Assembly: GCF_009914755.1 (NCBI RefSeq) | Contig: NC_060932.1 | Direction: 5' to 3' (one strand) | DNA: 64,000 nt | Origin: the human T2T-CHM13v2.0 reference genome, Homo sapiens | Part shown: in pieces, positions 14,970 to 26,899 of the stretch | Position numbering within the stretch: the stretch's first letter is position 1 | How the letters are laid out: every line of letters starts with the position of its first letter | Position numbers and translations under genes: made by a program | The notes under the pieces: model-generated | Databases searched by the model: none | What the model was told of the DNA's origin: nothing | What the model saw: only the letters and a program-made list of their open reading frames with translations

Positions 14970-15495
14970 TTAGAGACTGTTATATTCAGGTAGATCATGC
15001 CGTAAGCGAATTGCTTTCAGCTTCTCCACTTCAATTTTTGCTCTTAGTAGCTCTTCCTCTAGCTGCTGCCTTCTTTTCAATCCATCCCTCTTCTCCTGAA
15101 CATACAATCCAAAATTTTTTTGATTTTCTAAAATTATCTGATGCTCCTCTTTCAACATTTGCAGGATCTGAGGATCATACCCTAATAGTGACCTAAAGTG
15201 TTCACCACTCTCATGCCGAAAAAAATCATCTCTCCTTGGAATAGAAGATGGAGACGATGTCATTCTCATATCAACAGAGGAAAGTGAAGGCGACAAGGAT
15301 CTTTCCATAACATGTACTAATTCATGTTCTTCTCTTTGCTCTAAAGTATCACTCTGTTGAGAATTTAAAACCAGTGGAGGAGGTGGTTTAATGTCTTCTT
15401 CTTGCTTCACCTCCACTGTAATAGCAACAGGATGGTGATCCAACATTACCTGTAGTGAACTGGTACCAGCCTGTGCCTCCTCATCCAAGTTTGCA
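14970..15495 (-). CDS. FSBP: FSBP coding exon 2 (526 nt including stop); C-terminal coiled-coil-like region
   Basis: Acceptor TTTTTTGTGTGCTATAG|T at 15495. Phase-2 join AG+T=Ser restores the frame (SANLDEEAQ...LPEYNSL*). 374+526=900 nt = 299 aa + stop. Confidence 0.93.
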
Positions 15496-18400
15496 CTATA
15501 GCACACAAAAAAGCATTATAATATGTAAATCAAATGAAGAAAAAGTGTATATTTATAGCATAATTTTAATTTAATGTACATTAAATGATAAAGCTTTAAA
15601 ACTATAAAGTTACAAAATAAAAAAAAATCTTAAACACTTGAAATACATTAAAGTGACTAAGATTGGGATTTCAATAATACATACTCACAGATCTCCCCCA
15701 TCCTTAACTTTAAAATTGTGCTTTAAAGGAGCAGGAAATTACAAATATTATAGAAGGCCAATGAAGAAAATAAAAAGAAAAGCCAGTTTTCATGTTGTCA
15801 AACAGACACCAATCTTTCCCACAACCCTAAGGTTTTCAAATGGTGTACAGAGCCATTTAATGCATTCTCAGTCTTGTTATCCCCATACCTTAGCCCTAGA
15901 CCTCAGGCTTCTGCTCTCCTGGACTGATCTTAAAACCATGAAGGCCCATAACTTATAAAAGGACAGTGAAAGGCCATCTATGGGAGGTACTGATTTCTGC
16001 ATTTGCCCAAAAAATAAAACATAAAGATTGTATATGGCTTTGGGATATGCTCAACTACTGGAGGTTATCCTAACTTTCTTATTTCAGATGCTTTTATCTG
16101 ATAGGAAAAACTTCCCTTTTACCTATTCTGAACCATATGACTCAGATGCTGTTTAAGTCTTTCAATCACTGGTCAGGTAAAGTTCACAAGAGCAATGGTT
16201 TTAATCCACAACTGTATACTCAGTACCTAGCAGGTACTGTACTTAGAACCTAGTAGGTGCTCATTATGTGTTGAATGACTGAAAAAAAACAAACTAAATG
16301 ATTTTTTAATGAAACATTTTTAATGGCCTATACAGATATATTAAAGGTTTATTAAATTTACACATAATTTCCACCAAATATGCATTCCCAATGGAGACAA
16401 CTACAGCTTTAGCATAATTTAAGCTTCAGCATAACAAGTTATGATATTATAAATGCAATAAACCTTAAAATTCTGTTTTATAAACATAATTTTATGTATA
16501 ACGTGAAGCTGTGAATTAAGAATATCTGCTCCTTGAGGTTGTTTTTTTTAATTTATGCTTCTGCCTAACTTAAAAATAAAAGTTATAAAGGGAAATTAGA
16601 TCATTGAACATGAATGGAAATACTTTATTTAATATTATTTAGAGAAGATTTTACATATAATAAGAAACATAATTAAAAGAATACATTCTACATGGATGAT
16701 TAAAATGCTGGAACAAGTTCAAGCAGAATGCATAGAAAAAGATTAAAACTACCCATACGTTACTTACTAATGCCATTAAATTGCCAGAAATATCAGATAT
16801 TTATCTAAGAGACAAAATGAAACATATATAGTATATAATAAAAAATCTATTTGTAGGTTATATAAATTCATTTTTGTTCTTGTCTCTGTTTGTGTCATTT
16901 TATTATTTCCAAAAACAAAACAATTAATTATAAATGTAATTCAAAGTAGCAAGCTCTGCTTCTATTAATAGCTCTGCTAAAACCTGGAATGGGAAAAGGC
17001 TAAAATTGCATATGAAAATTAAGTTTTTAAAACCACATAATTACTATTTCAAATTAGTATGTAAAATAGAGAGTATAAACATAGACATAATACTACCAAG
17101 TAAATTAAAAATATGCCTTATATCTGGAACATTCCTTTCCATTTTAGCTAAAACATTACAACTAAGGCATAACAATACAAAAAGGGAGAAAAAAAGCTTT
17201 AGAGCAGGTCACAAAAATGACAGAGAAGGACTTGAGAATCAGAACTTTGAAGATCAGTTTACAAAAACACAAAATATAAACTGATATTAGGAAGAGGTAA
17301 AAATAAAGACATAAGTCAATGTGAGTTACAGAAAATAAATAGCCTTACAAAACAGGTATATATTTTTAAGTATGTTAACGCAAACACTAGTATTTTCCTT
17401 ATTAAAAAGGAAGAGTTTGGTAAGATTAACAGGCATATTTATGTAGAAGTATAGTTAAGATTATAGAATAATTATAAACTTCTGAGATTATTAAGATTCA
17501 AGGATGATATCAATCAAATAAATATAAGCACATTAAATATATATATTAAAGAAATAAGCTAATACAGAGAAAATGTCAATGTAGACACAGTAACATAAGA
17601 ATTTAAAAGGCATGTTTCTTATATTCTTCCCTTTAAAACCTAACAAATTGGTATTATTTAAGCCATAGGTATAGAAATGTACAAATCAACTCATTTTTAT
17701 CAGAGAAATGTTCATATCCCAAAAGATTTTGTGTGTGTGAATATTGTAAATATTCACACACACAAATAGTCAAAATGTAACCAGATACTTGTATATTTAT
17801 ATATTATTTTTCTTCTACTCACTGTTATTTTTAAAATATGCAACTAACTAAAATTACAGTTTCTACATGTCGTTTTCAAATTATAAAAACCTATACCTAC
17901 TAACCAAAGGGTACAGTTTTATACCTGCGATGCAAAAAACACTTTTCTCCATGGTTCAAGGGAGAGAAAATTCTGCATAAGTAGCACAGTATAAAACAAT
18001 TTTACTGCGTAGTTTTCTGGATATCTAGCTATTGGGATTTCATCATTTGTCATCACAGTGAACATTTTAACCAGTGGCCCCAAGAATTAATCCACTGTGT
18101 ATTCATGTCCTGGATTCCCACTGGTGATATTTTTTTTACTGTGCTATCAAGTAGAAATAAGCAGTATCTGGTAAGAAGCTAGGCTCAAAAATACTTTCCT
18201 AGTAAATTACCAAAATAACATATGCACTTGGCTACAAAGTGGTTTTTTTCTGCTTCTCTCCTAATTTCAAAGGGATTTCATAGTAATCAATAATTTGCTT
18301 ATATAATGCCTCTTCCACCAATAGAAAAGCACATTGTGTAAAGCTTTGTTTGAAAGGCTCCTCAAACTAACAAGGAGTTTACAATTTGTTTAAATTACCC

Positions 18401-19334
18401 TAAATGGTTCAGAATAAGAATGTAGCTGCCATTTTTATATTTTGCCAGAGGTTACAATCTGAATTAGTGGCAAGATAATACTTTTGAAAATTCCAAGGCA
18501 AATAGTTACATAGAACACAAGTTTAACCAAAAAATTGCTTCTAACTCTAAAAAAAACCCAGTTGCTCTTAGGGGTATTTTAAAATTCATAATTTGATATC
18601 CTTGCAAAGCAGTAAGAGAAAGCTTACTCTTTCCTATACGACCCAAGATCAAAGTGAAACTAGACTATTAAGGAATAAAAACAACAACAACAAAAAACTT
18701 TTAATTTTATTAAGTAAACTGAATCCCTAATTAGGCATTAACTCCTTTTAGTTGTGTTCATCTTTATTTTAAACGTGTTAGAAAAATAATTTAAACTGTC
18801 TTCATATACACAATCATGCCATTAACAAGTTTACTTATTGATTTTGTTTATATTTGTTAGTTAACATATATTCAATAAGTGTAGACAATGACAATTCATA
18901 AAAAAGCAAGGTTCCATTTCTCTAGAAACTGCTAACTTTATATAAATTTTATATAAAATTGAAAATTCCAGTGAAATGTAATCTTAAATGAGAAAAAAAG
19001 TATCTCTCAGAAGCAAACTAAATAATTTAATTTTAAAGCTTAAGAAGTTTATGAAGTGATGTCACAAATTTCAACCCACTTATTCCTCCCTAACCTTTAC
19101 TTTTAGAAACTACAGGAGGGAAGGGGGAGGGGAAGACAGTAAAAAGTAGCTTAAATGCAACAGAAAAATTCCTCATAGCCTCACTTTTCTCTTTTTAAAA
19201 AATGCAAAACAAAGACACTATTCATTGCTCCCGTTGTGGGGATGCTTACTATGCATATCTCTATCACGACTAAGCCAAAGCCCAATAGATAGGAGGCGCC
19301 ATAATTTTCCATAACAAAACAAAATAAAGCTTAC

Positions 19335-19708
19335 CTTTGTATGTGGTTCCTGTCTCTTACCAGGCAAAAACTGGAAATCTGGGGAATCATCTCCATAACT
19401 TTCTTGGTTGGCTCAGAAATATTGCTTTTAAAATCTGATTGGGTCTCTTTTTGCTGCAATAGCTCCTGTTTGGCATATTCTTTGAGCCTTTTATAAAGGG
19501 TGCGTAGGCCCTGTGCTGTTCGAGGAGGGCGGTCTACTCCAATTGCATTATAGTTAACTGCTATGATATCCCAACATCTATTCTTTTCTACTATTACTGA
19601 ATGTTTATTAGTGTGTTCTTCGAGAATTTTCACATATGGCTTCACAAGCTTTAGCAAATCAAGCTTTTCGGATAAGGTAAAATTGGAAGATCTAGCCTTT
19701 CCTACCAT
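19335..19708 (-). CDS. FSBP: FSBP (fibrinogen silencer-binding protein) coding exon 1; Myb/SANT-like DNA-binding domain
   Basis: ATG in strong Kozak context (ACAATGG). [22 protein letters not shown]...[16 protein letters not shown]...[14 protein letters not shown] fits the Myb/SANT-like (MSANTD-type) pattern. Donor AAG|GTAAGC at 19335/19334. Confidence 0.93.
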
Positions 19709-21394
19709 TGTTCTTTTCAAATTAAGTAGGCAGTTTCTGAAACCACCATGCAGCCTTCAGCTCTGCTCAGCTCTTTTCACAAACAGAAAAAGATCAGGCT
19801 TAACTAGGCTAGCCTCATTTAGGCCCACGCCTACAGGGGAGGGTTTATTAAAATTCCTCCAGCTTAAGCTGACGCAGGTTCAGGAAATCTGCTTAAGCCA
19901 AGCCTGACCTACATAAAGCTTCTCACTGAAGAAGACAGGAAGGCACAAGCAAAACACACTTGTGTATAAAGGGAACAGCTCGAGACAGGATTTAATACAC
20001 AAAGGTCTAGAGATAAGCATGGAACACAGCTAAAAATTAGCTAATTTAGTGAGAATATCAAATTTCACACATGTATGCCTAGCTGACAGACTGAACTGCA
20101 TTGCAGTATCACTTTAATAAAAACAAAAGAGGAACTGTTTTGTGCTATTTATTTACAAATCCAGTAGACAGAAAACTAAAAGATATGAGTAGTGAATGTA
20201 GTAATTCCTAACAGAGCCTCTCATCACTGTTTCTGAGCTGAGTGTTCTCCCTTACAAAATCTGCATAATGCTGGATCTGCTGTCAATCAGGAATTGCATA
20301 TCCTCTAGCTAGTTAGGTTACACCCAGACCCAGACTCCACAGTAAAGCTAAGCTTCTCCTTCATTTTACAGTCTACATTAGCCTCTGCATATTTTTTTCA
20401 CTTAAGAAAAAATTTTTATAGAACACTCAATCTAAAAAGCAGGTAAAAATCATGTTTTTAAAGCAATGGATTATTCTAGCCGTAATGTATGTGAATTTGC
20501 TAGCCTGCCTTATCATGTGTAAAAAATCACTGTTCATGGTGAGAAACAGTATAATCACGCCTTAAGACTCCACATACAAAATCACATTTGCTATTATAAT
20601 AGAGCCAGATTTTTTATTTAGCTATATTCACACAGTTTGGACTGTGAAAGGAAACAGCTAGTCTAGCCATTTTCAAGGCCACCAGTTTCGGTGCTTAGAA
20701 TATATTTGTTAACCCCAGTATGAAAATATATGATACATAATAATGTAAGCAAGACAAACCTATTTTCTCACAATATACATATTTTTCCAGATAGGGGAAT
20801 AAATTAGAACATACTTGAACATAGTTCTATCCAATAAAACTATTACTGAACAACTGTGATAGTTATTAAGAGGTAGGAAAAATAAATTGTTTTTAATTAC
20901 CGACCACGTATATAAATGCTCCCAGGCACTGTGCAAGACCCAATGAAATCAAAAATGAATCTAGATACAGCACCTATCCAGGGAACTGTAGTTCCACAGA
21001 AATGCTATAAATTCTCAATTATCTTGTTTTTCATTCTTTTAACAATGGAGAAGCAAATTACATTTACTGAGCTCTCACTGTGAGCCAATGTGTTAAAAGC
21101 TTTAAGTGTATTATCTTTCAGAAAACAGTGAAAGATTGCTGGATGTTCTACGGAATGCTAGATGTTGTCTGGTATACGCTACTGAGTAATTTGATTCCAT
21201 AATAGTTCTACCCTTTCATTGTCTTTGAGCAGTTTCACAGCTCTGTAAATTGTAGAAATCAGTAATGCAAATGATTCTTGTCCATAGAGATGCAAAAAGA
21301 AAATCGACCTGCCCCAACAACAACTGGACCACAGGTACTCAAAATCATTCTAGCATTTTCTGAGCTTTTGGAACATTAAAAGAGAACCAAAGAA

Positions 21395-21523
21395 AGAACA
21401 TAGGGTATATACTTTATTTAGATAATTATTTTGTTATTTTCAGAAGAAATACAGGTATTACAGAACACAGGGTATATACTTTAGATAATTATTTTGTTAT
21501 TTTCAGAAGAAATACAGGTATTA
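21395..21523. repeat. Tandem duplication (66 + 62 bp)
   Basis: Two copies of AGAACA(T/C)AGGGTATATACTT...CAGAAGAAATACAGGTATTA differing by one substitution and a 4-bp indel. Confidence 0.95.
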
Positions 21524-21529
21524 TGTTAA

Positions 21530-22260
21530 GAATGAAACACTACTAAAATATGAAAAAATGTTCAATCTCACTAGTTATCAGGGAAATGTATACTAAAAAT
21601 GATTTTCATTCCTAGATTAGCAAAATTTTTTAAGACTTAAAATGCCAAGAGTGAGGCCAGGCTCAGTGGCACATGGGCCTGTAATCCAACAGTTTTGAGA
21701 GGCCAAGGATTACTTGAGCACATGAGTTCAAGACCAGACCGGGCAACATGGAGAAACCCCATGTCTACAAAAAATACAAAAATTAGCCAGGTGTGGTGGC
21801 ATATGCCTGTAGTTCCAGCTATTCGGGAACCTGAGGTGGAAGGATCACTTGAGCTCAAGAGGTTGAGGCTGCACTAAGCCATAATCATGCCACTGCACTC
21901 CAGCCTCGGTGACAGAGCGAGACCCTGCCTCAAAAAAAGAAAAAAAAGAAGACTCCAAGAGTGGAAAAGGATAGAAGGGAAAGAGTACTCTTCTGTACCA
22001 CTGAAGGGAGTGTAAAATGACATTTTGGATGGTGATCTGGAAGTATCTACTAATATTTTACATGAGTAGGAAATCTTCTAAAATTGTGGTAATTTTATGT
22101 CTCAGAATATACCTTAGAAAAATAAAATGCACACGGGAGCAACGAAGCATTCTTTGCAGTTGCATACAGTGGAAGCAATCTAAAAGCACATCAGTTGGAG
22201 TTAAAAGCATACAATACATCCATATCATGGTCTACTCCAGGCAGCATTAAAATGAAAGAC
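21530..22260 (+). mobile_element. L1ME-like ORF2-end fragment interrupted by AluJ
   Basis: TGTTCAATCTCACTAGTTATCAGGGAAATG and GGGAGTGTAAAATG. Confidence 0.6.
21655..21950 (+). mobile_element. AluJ
   Basis: Alu dimer; CCAAGAGTG flanks both sides. Confidence 0.9.
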
Positions 22261-22291
22261 GCAGATCATAGTGTGTTTGAATATATCACGC

Positions 22292-23072
22292 TGTTAACGA
22301 AAAGAGTCAAACTCTGTATAAAATATTTTTAGAGATTGATTCTGAGCCAAATATGAGTGACCATGGCCAAAGACACAGCCCTCAGGTGGCCCTAAGAACA
22401 TGTGCCAAGGTGGGTGGCGTATGGCTTACTTTTATATATTTTAGGGAGGCATGAGACATCAACCAAATATATTTAAGAAATACATTGGTTTAGTTCAGAA
22501 AAGCGGGACAACTCAAGGCGGGGGCGGGGTGGCGGCGGGGGCGGTGTTCCAGGCTATAAACGTTTTCTGGTTTACAATTGGTTGAGTTTATCTGAAGACC
22601 TGGGATCAATAGAAAGGAAATGTATGTTCAGGTAAAGATAAAGGATTGTAGGCACCAAGTTTTATTGTGCAGAGGAAGCTCTCAGATAGCAGACTTCAGA
22701 GAGAACAGGTTGTATATTGTTTATTATCAGACCTAAAGGAGTGCCTGGCTCTTACTTGATTATCTCCTGGATCTAGAAAGGAAGGAAGGAAAACAAGGGG
22801 AAAGTGGATTCTCTATAGAATGTGGATTTTTCCCACAAGGGATGGCTTTGCACGACCATTTCAAGATATGGCAGAGAAACATGTTTTGGGGTAAAATATT
22901 TTTATTTTCTTCCATGTTATGCCAGAGTCAGATCGGAAAGTAAGTCATGATATACAGGGTTAAATAAAACCATCTGATGAGAATGTATGGTTTACAGAGC
23001 ATGATTCCCCAGACCCCTTAGATAGGAATTTAGGCAAGATTAAAAAAAAAAAAAATCAGAGCTTAGTCCTCA
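22292..23072 (-). mobile_element. MER4-family (MER4D/E-like) ERV1 solo LTR
   Basis: Minus strand starts TGAGGACTAAGCTCTGATTTTT and ends GACTCTTTTCGTTAACA; TG...CA ends; 4-bp TSD ACGC/ATGC (CpG decay). Confidence 0.8.
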
Positions 23073-23435
23073 ATGCAGACAGCACAAATTAGTGATAACC
23101 TATGTAAATTGTAATTGATGATTAATCTGAAATATTTATTACTGTTTGATTATATTACAATAAAATTATCTTTCTAGTTTAAAAATAGAATGGACAAGTT
23201 TTTAAATTAAAAGAAGCTATACTACTGATGCAGAATTAAGTGGAAAATACTATGCAGGACTTTCTAAAGCAGACTATGAAAAGGTATCATGGATATACTT
23301 GTTAAGAATATTACGAATATATGTGTAAATGCTATGAATCACTGCCAGTTTATGGAACTGGTAAAAGACATTGAATAATTTTTTGTTCTTTGCCAATGCT
23401 CGTTGGTGTAGTCATAGAGTTTTATGAAGAATCAC

Positions 23436-24755
23436 TGTGCTGTCTGAGAGTGAAAAACTCAAACTGTTTTTCCTCTGCTCTCACACCACAACAATCAACA
23501 TGAAGACTTGTGTGACCAAATGTGTGGGAGTTTCTCCCCACACACCAAGCAAGAAGTTAAGTTCTGCAGTGGAGAGGAGCCGGGTATCCTCTAATTCAAC
23601 TTTCCAACACTATCAGGAGATAGTGTTAGATCTCAAAGGTTAAGAGCTCAGTACCACAAACCCCATGGCCCCACCTGAGGGAAGAGAGAGACCCTCTCAT
23701 ATTGTTTTATATTGTTTTATACTCAGTACCTGTTTTAAGAAAAAAACAAGGAAGTGAAATCAAAGACAGGCAGCCCGGCGCCAGGTCCAAAACCAGGCCT
23801 GGGCCTGCCTGGCCTAAACCTAGTAGTTAAAAATTAACTCATGACTTAGAACCCGATGTTACCCATAGATTCCAGGCATTGTATGGAAGAACACTGTGAA
23901 ACTCCCTGCTCTTTTCTGTTTCACTCTGACCACCGGTGCATGCAGCCCCTGTCACGTACTCCCTGCTTGCTCAAATCAATCACGACCCTTTCATGTGAAA
24001 TCTTTAGTGTTGTGAGCCCTTAAAAGGAACAGAAATTGTGCACTCAGGGAGCTCAGATTTTAAGACAGTAGCTTGCCGATGCTCCCAGCTGAATAAAGCC
24101 CTTCCTTCTACAACTCGGTGTCTGAGAGGTTTTGTCTGTGGCTCGTCCTGCTACACAACCAGTCACAAGTCTGGGCCTCCAGAACATCTAACCAAAAAGC
24201 TTCAAGTTGGGGTTCCCACAATCCCCTCTGGGTTCTATTAGTTTGCTAGAGTGGTCACAGAACTCCAGAAACACGCTTACCAGTTTATTATAAAGGATAT
24301 TACAAAGGATACAAATGAACAGCCAGATGTAAGAGATGCATAGGGCAAGTTATGGTGGAAGGGACACAAAGTTTCCATGCCCACCCCAGGCACAACCCCC
24401 AGAAACCTCCACTTATTCAGCTATCTCGAAGCTCTACAACACAGGGCTTTGGGCTTTTTATGAAAGCTTCATTACATAGGCATGACTGATTAAATCACTG
24501 GCCACTGGTAATCAATTTAACCCTCAGCCTCTCTCCTCTCCCCAGAGATAGGGGTGAGGCTGAACGTTCCAACTCTCTAATGGTGCCTTGGTCTTTCACG
24601 TAACCAACTCACATCCTGAAACTACCTAGGGGCTGTCAGCCATCAATCAATCACTAGCACACAAACAGACATTACTTTGGAGGTCGTAAGGATTTTAGGA
24701 GTTGTATACCAGGGAAACGGGGTCAAAGGCCAAACATATATTCCACAATATCACC
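23436..24755 (-). mobile_element. MER21-type LTR, split by LTR2B
   Basis: Minus-strand start GTGATATTGTGGAATATATG; TTTATTATAAAGGATATTACAAAGGATACA and TGTGACCAAATGTGTGGG motifs. Confidence 0.75.
23676..24155 (+). mobile_element. LTR2B (HERV-E/Harlequin group) solo LTR
   Basis: Starts TGAGGGAAGAGAGAGACCCTCTCATATTGTTTTATATTG, AATAAA at ~24092, ends GTCCTGCTACA; flanks CCACC/CAACC. Confidence 0.85.
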
Positions 24756-25133
24756 TATTATTAACTTCAGTTGGAGATTTTTGTGAAACAAAATGTTTAC
24801 GAAACAGTCAATAAACAAAGGCAAAAAAATCAACCTAAGTGTCCATCAACAGATGAATAAAGAAAATGAACTGCATATACACAATGGAATATTATTTGGT
24901 TATAAAAAATGAAATCCTGTCATTTGCAGCAACATGGATGGAACTGGAAGTCATTATATTAAGTGAAATAACCCAAGCACGGAAAGACAAATACCGTATG
25001 TTCTCTCTCACATGTGGGAGCTAAAAGGGTGAATCTCATGGAAGTAGAGACTTGATTAGTGGTTGCCAGAGGCTGGGAAGGAGAGGTGGGGATTAAGAGA
25101 GGTTGGTTAATGGGTACAAAAGTACAGTTAAAA

Positions 25134-25508
<375 letters not shown>

Positions 25509-25589
25509 TTATTGTATAGTTCAAAACAGAAGAATTGGGATGTTCCCAACATAAAAAATGTTTGAGGTGATGGCTGTCCTAATTACTCT

Positions 25590-26702
25590 TGTAAAAGAAA
25601 ATAAAATCTTAGGACCCCAAACTCATTATACCAAAAGGAAAGTTAAACCTAGAAAATTAGTCATGCAACACTGCCTTTCCTTCCTCCTCTTTCCCCCCAG
25701 AGCTATAATTTCACAACCCTGTGTCATAGCATTACACGTTAAGTCAGCATTGTCCCGCAATGGCAAAAGGACATATACCTCCCTCACAAATTTCTCATAA
25801 GAAAATCCCTTCCTAGTCACTAAACCTTTCAGGATACATATCCCCTAAAACCAGCACATGCCAATTGTAACCTTGGGTGTGCAACCTAAGTTTAACTCTC
25901 AAAACTGAGTTCTGTTAAATCTCATGCTGACAATGTCAATTACAAGCTTACCTTCTTAGGTACACAACAGGGACAAGACAAAAAATCACTCCTTCGATCA
26001 TGTCTTTTGCAGGGACATGAATGGAGGTGGAAGCCATTATCCTCAGCCAACTAATACAGCAACAGAAGACCAAATATCGCATGTTCTCACTTATAAGTGG
26101 GAGCTGAATGATGAGAACGCATGGACACATTGTGGGGAACAACACACACTGGGGCCTATAGGGATGGTCAGGAGAGCATCAGGAAGAATAACTAATGAAT
26201 GTTGGCTTAATATCTAGGTGATGGGATGACCTGTGCAGCAAACCACCAGAGTACACATCTACCTATGTAACAAACCTGCATATCCTGCATATGTACCCCT
26301 GAACTTGAAATAAAAGTTTAAGAAAAATAATAATAGTAATAACCCAAGGGAATAAAATGAAATTATCAAAAAAAAAAAAATCACTCCTTCGGCTAACCCG
26401 AGATGGATGCATAACTGACTCTTTCCTCTACTCCATCTTTTCAAATGTTTACCTTACCTTATGTAAAACACAGATTTACTGAGCACTAATTAGAGCCTCA
26501 CAAAAATGTAACCATTTGTCTCACTGCCTCTCTTACCTTCCTTTGTCCCTTCTGCTTGCTCTTTATTCTTCAATACTGAGTTCCAGAAACCCTCTTTTGG
26601 AAAGCACAGGTAACAGATGCTCCTGTGACTTGTGTTTTTCCCAGGTGTATCCTTAAACTTTGGCTTAATAAACCTCTGATTGAGTCACATTTTTGGTTAA
26701 TA
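25590..26702 (+). mobile_element. ERV1 (MER4-group) solo LTR, split by L1PA
   Basis: Starts TGTAAAAGAAAATAAAATCTTAGGACCCCAAACTC; AATAAA ~26667; ends TTTTGGTTAATA. Confidence 0.7.
25997..26380 (+). mobile_element. 5'-truncated older L1PA 3' end with 17-bp TSD
   Basis: TGTTCTCACTTATAAGTGGGAGCTGAATGATGAGAAC; TSD AAAAAATCACTCCTTCG at 25980-25996 and 26375-26391. Confidence 0.9.
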
Positions 26703-26899
26703 TACTGATTTGATCATTACACATTGTATGCATATATGAAAATATCACATGCACCCCCAAAATATGTACAACTATTATGTATCAATAAATAAAAATAAAC
26801 TGTAAAAATAAAAAATATACAAGTTTACCAATTTTTTGAGTCTTCATTTACTTATGAAGGCTCCTGTATCATATAAAATTTATATTAAATTTTATGCTT

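Noticed and set aside
15496-15506. ORF-track start MCY for the 178-aa ORF
   Set aside because: Non-ATG start inside the intron's acceptor region; the real exon begins at 15495.
18945-18960. 16-bp palindrome AATTTTATATAAAATT
   Set aside because: Pure A/T in very AT-rich DNA; likely chance or slippage.
19563-19907. 114-aa + strand ORF
   Set aside because: Antisense shadow of FSBP exon 1 with no recognisable domain or splice context.
20034-20047. 14-bp palindrome AAATTAGCTAATTT
   Set aside because: Mostly A/T and only loosely related to the upstream palindrome cluster; not counted as evidence.
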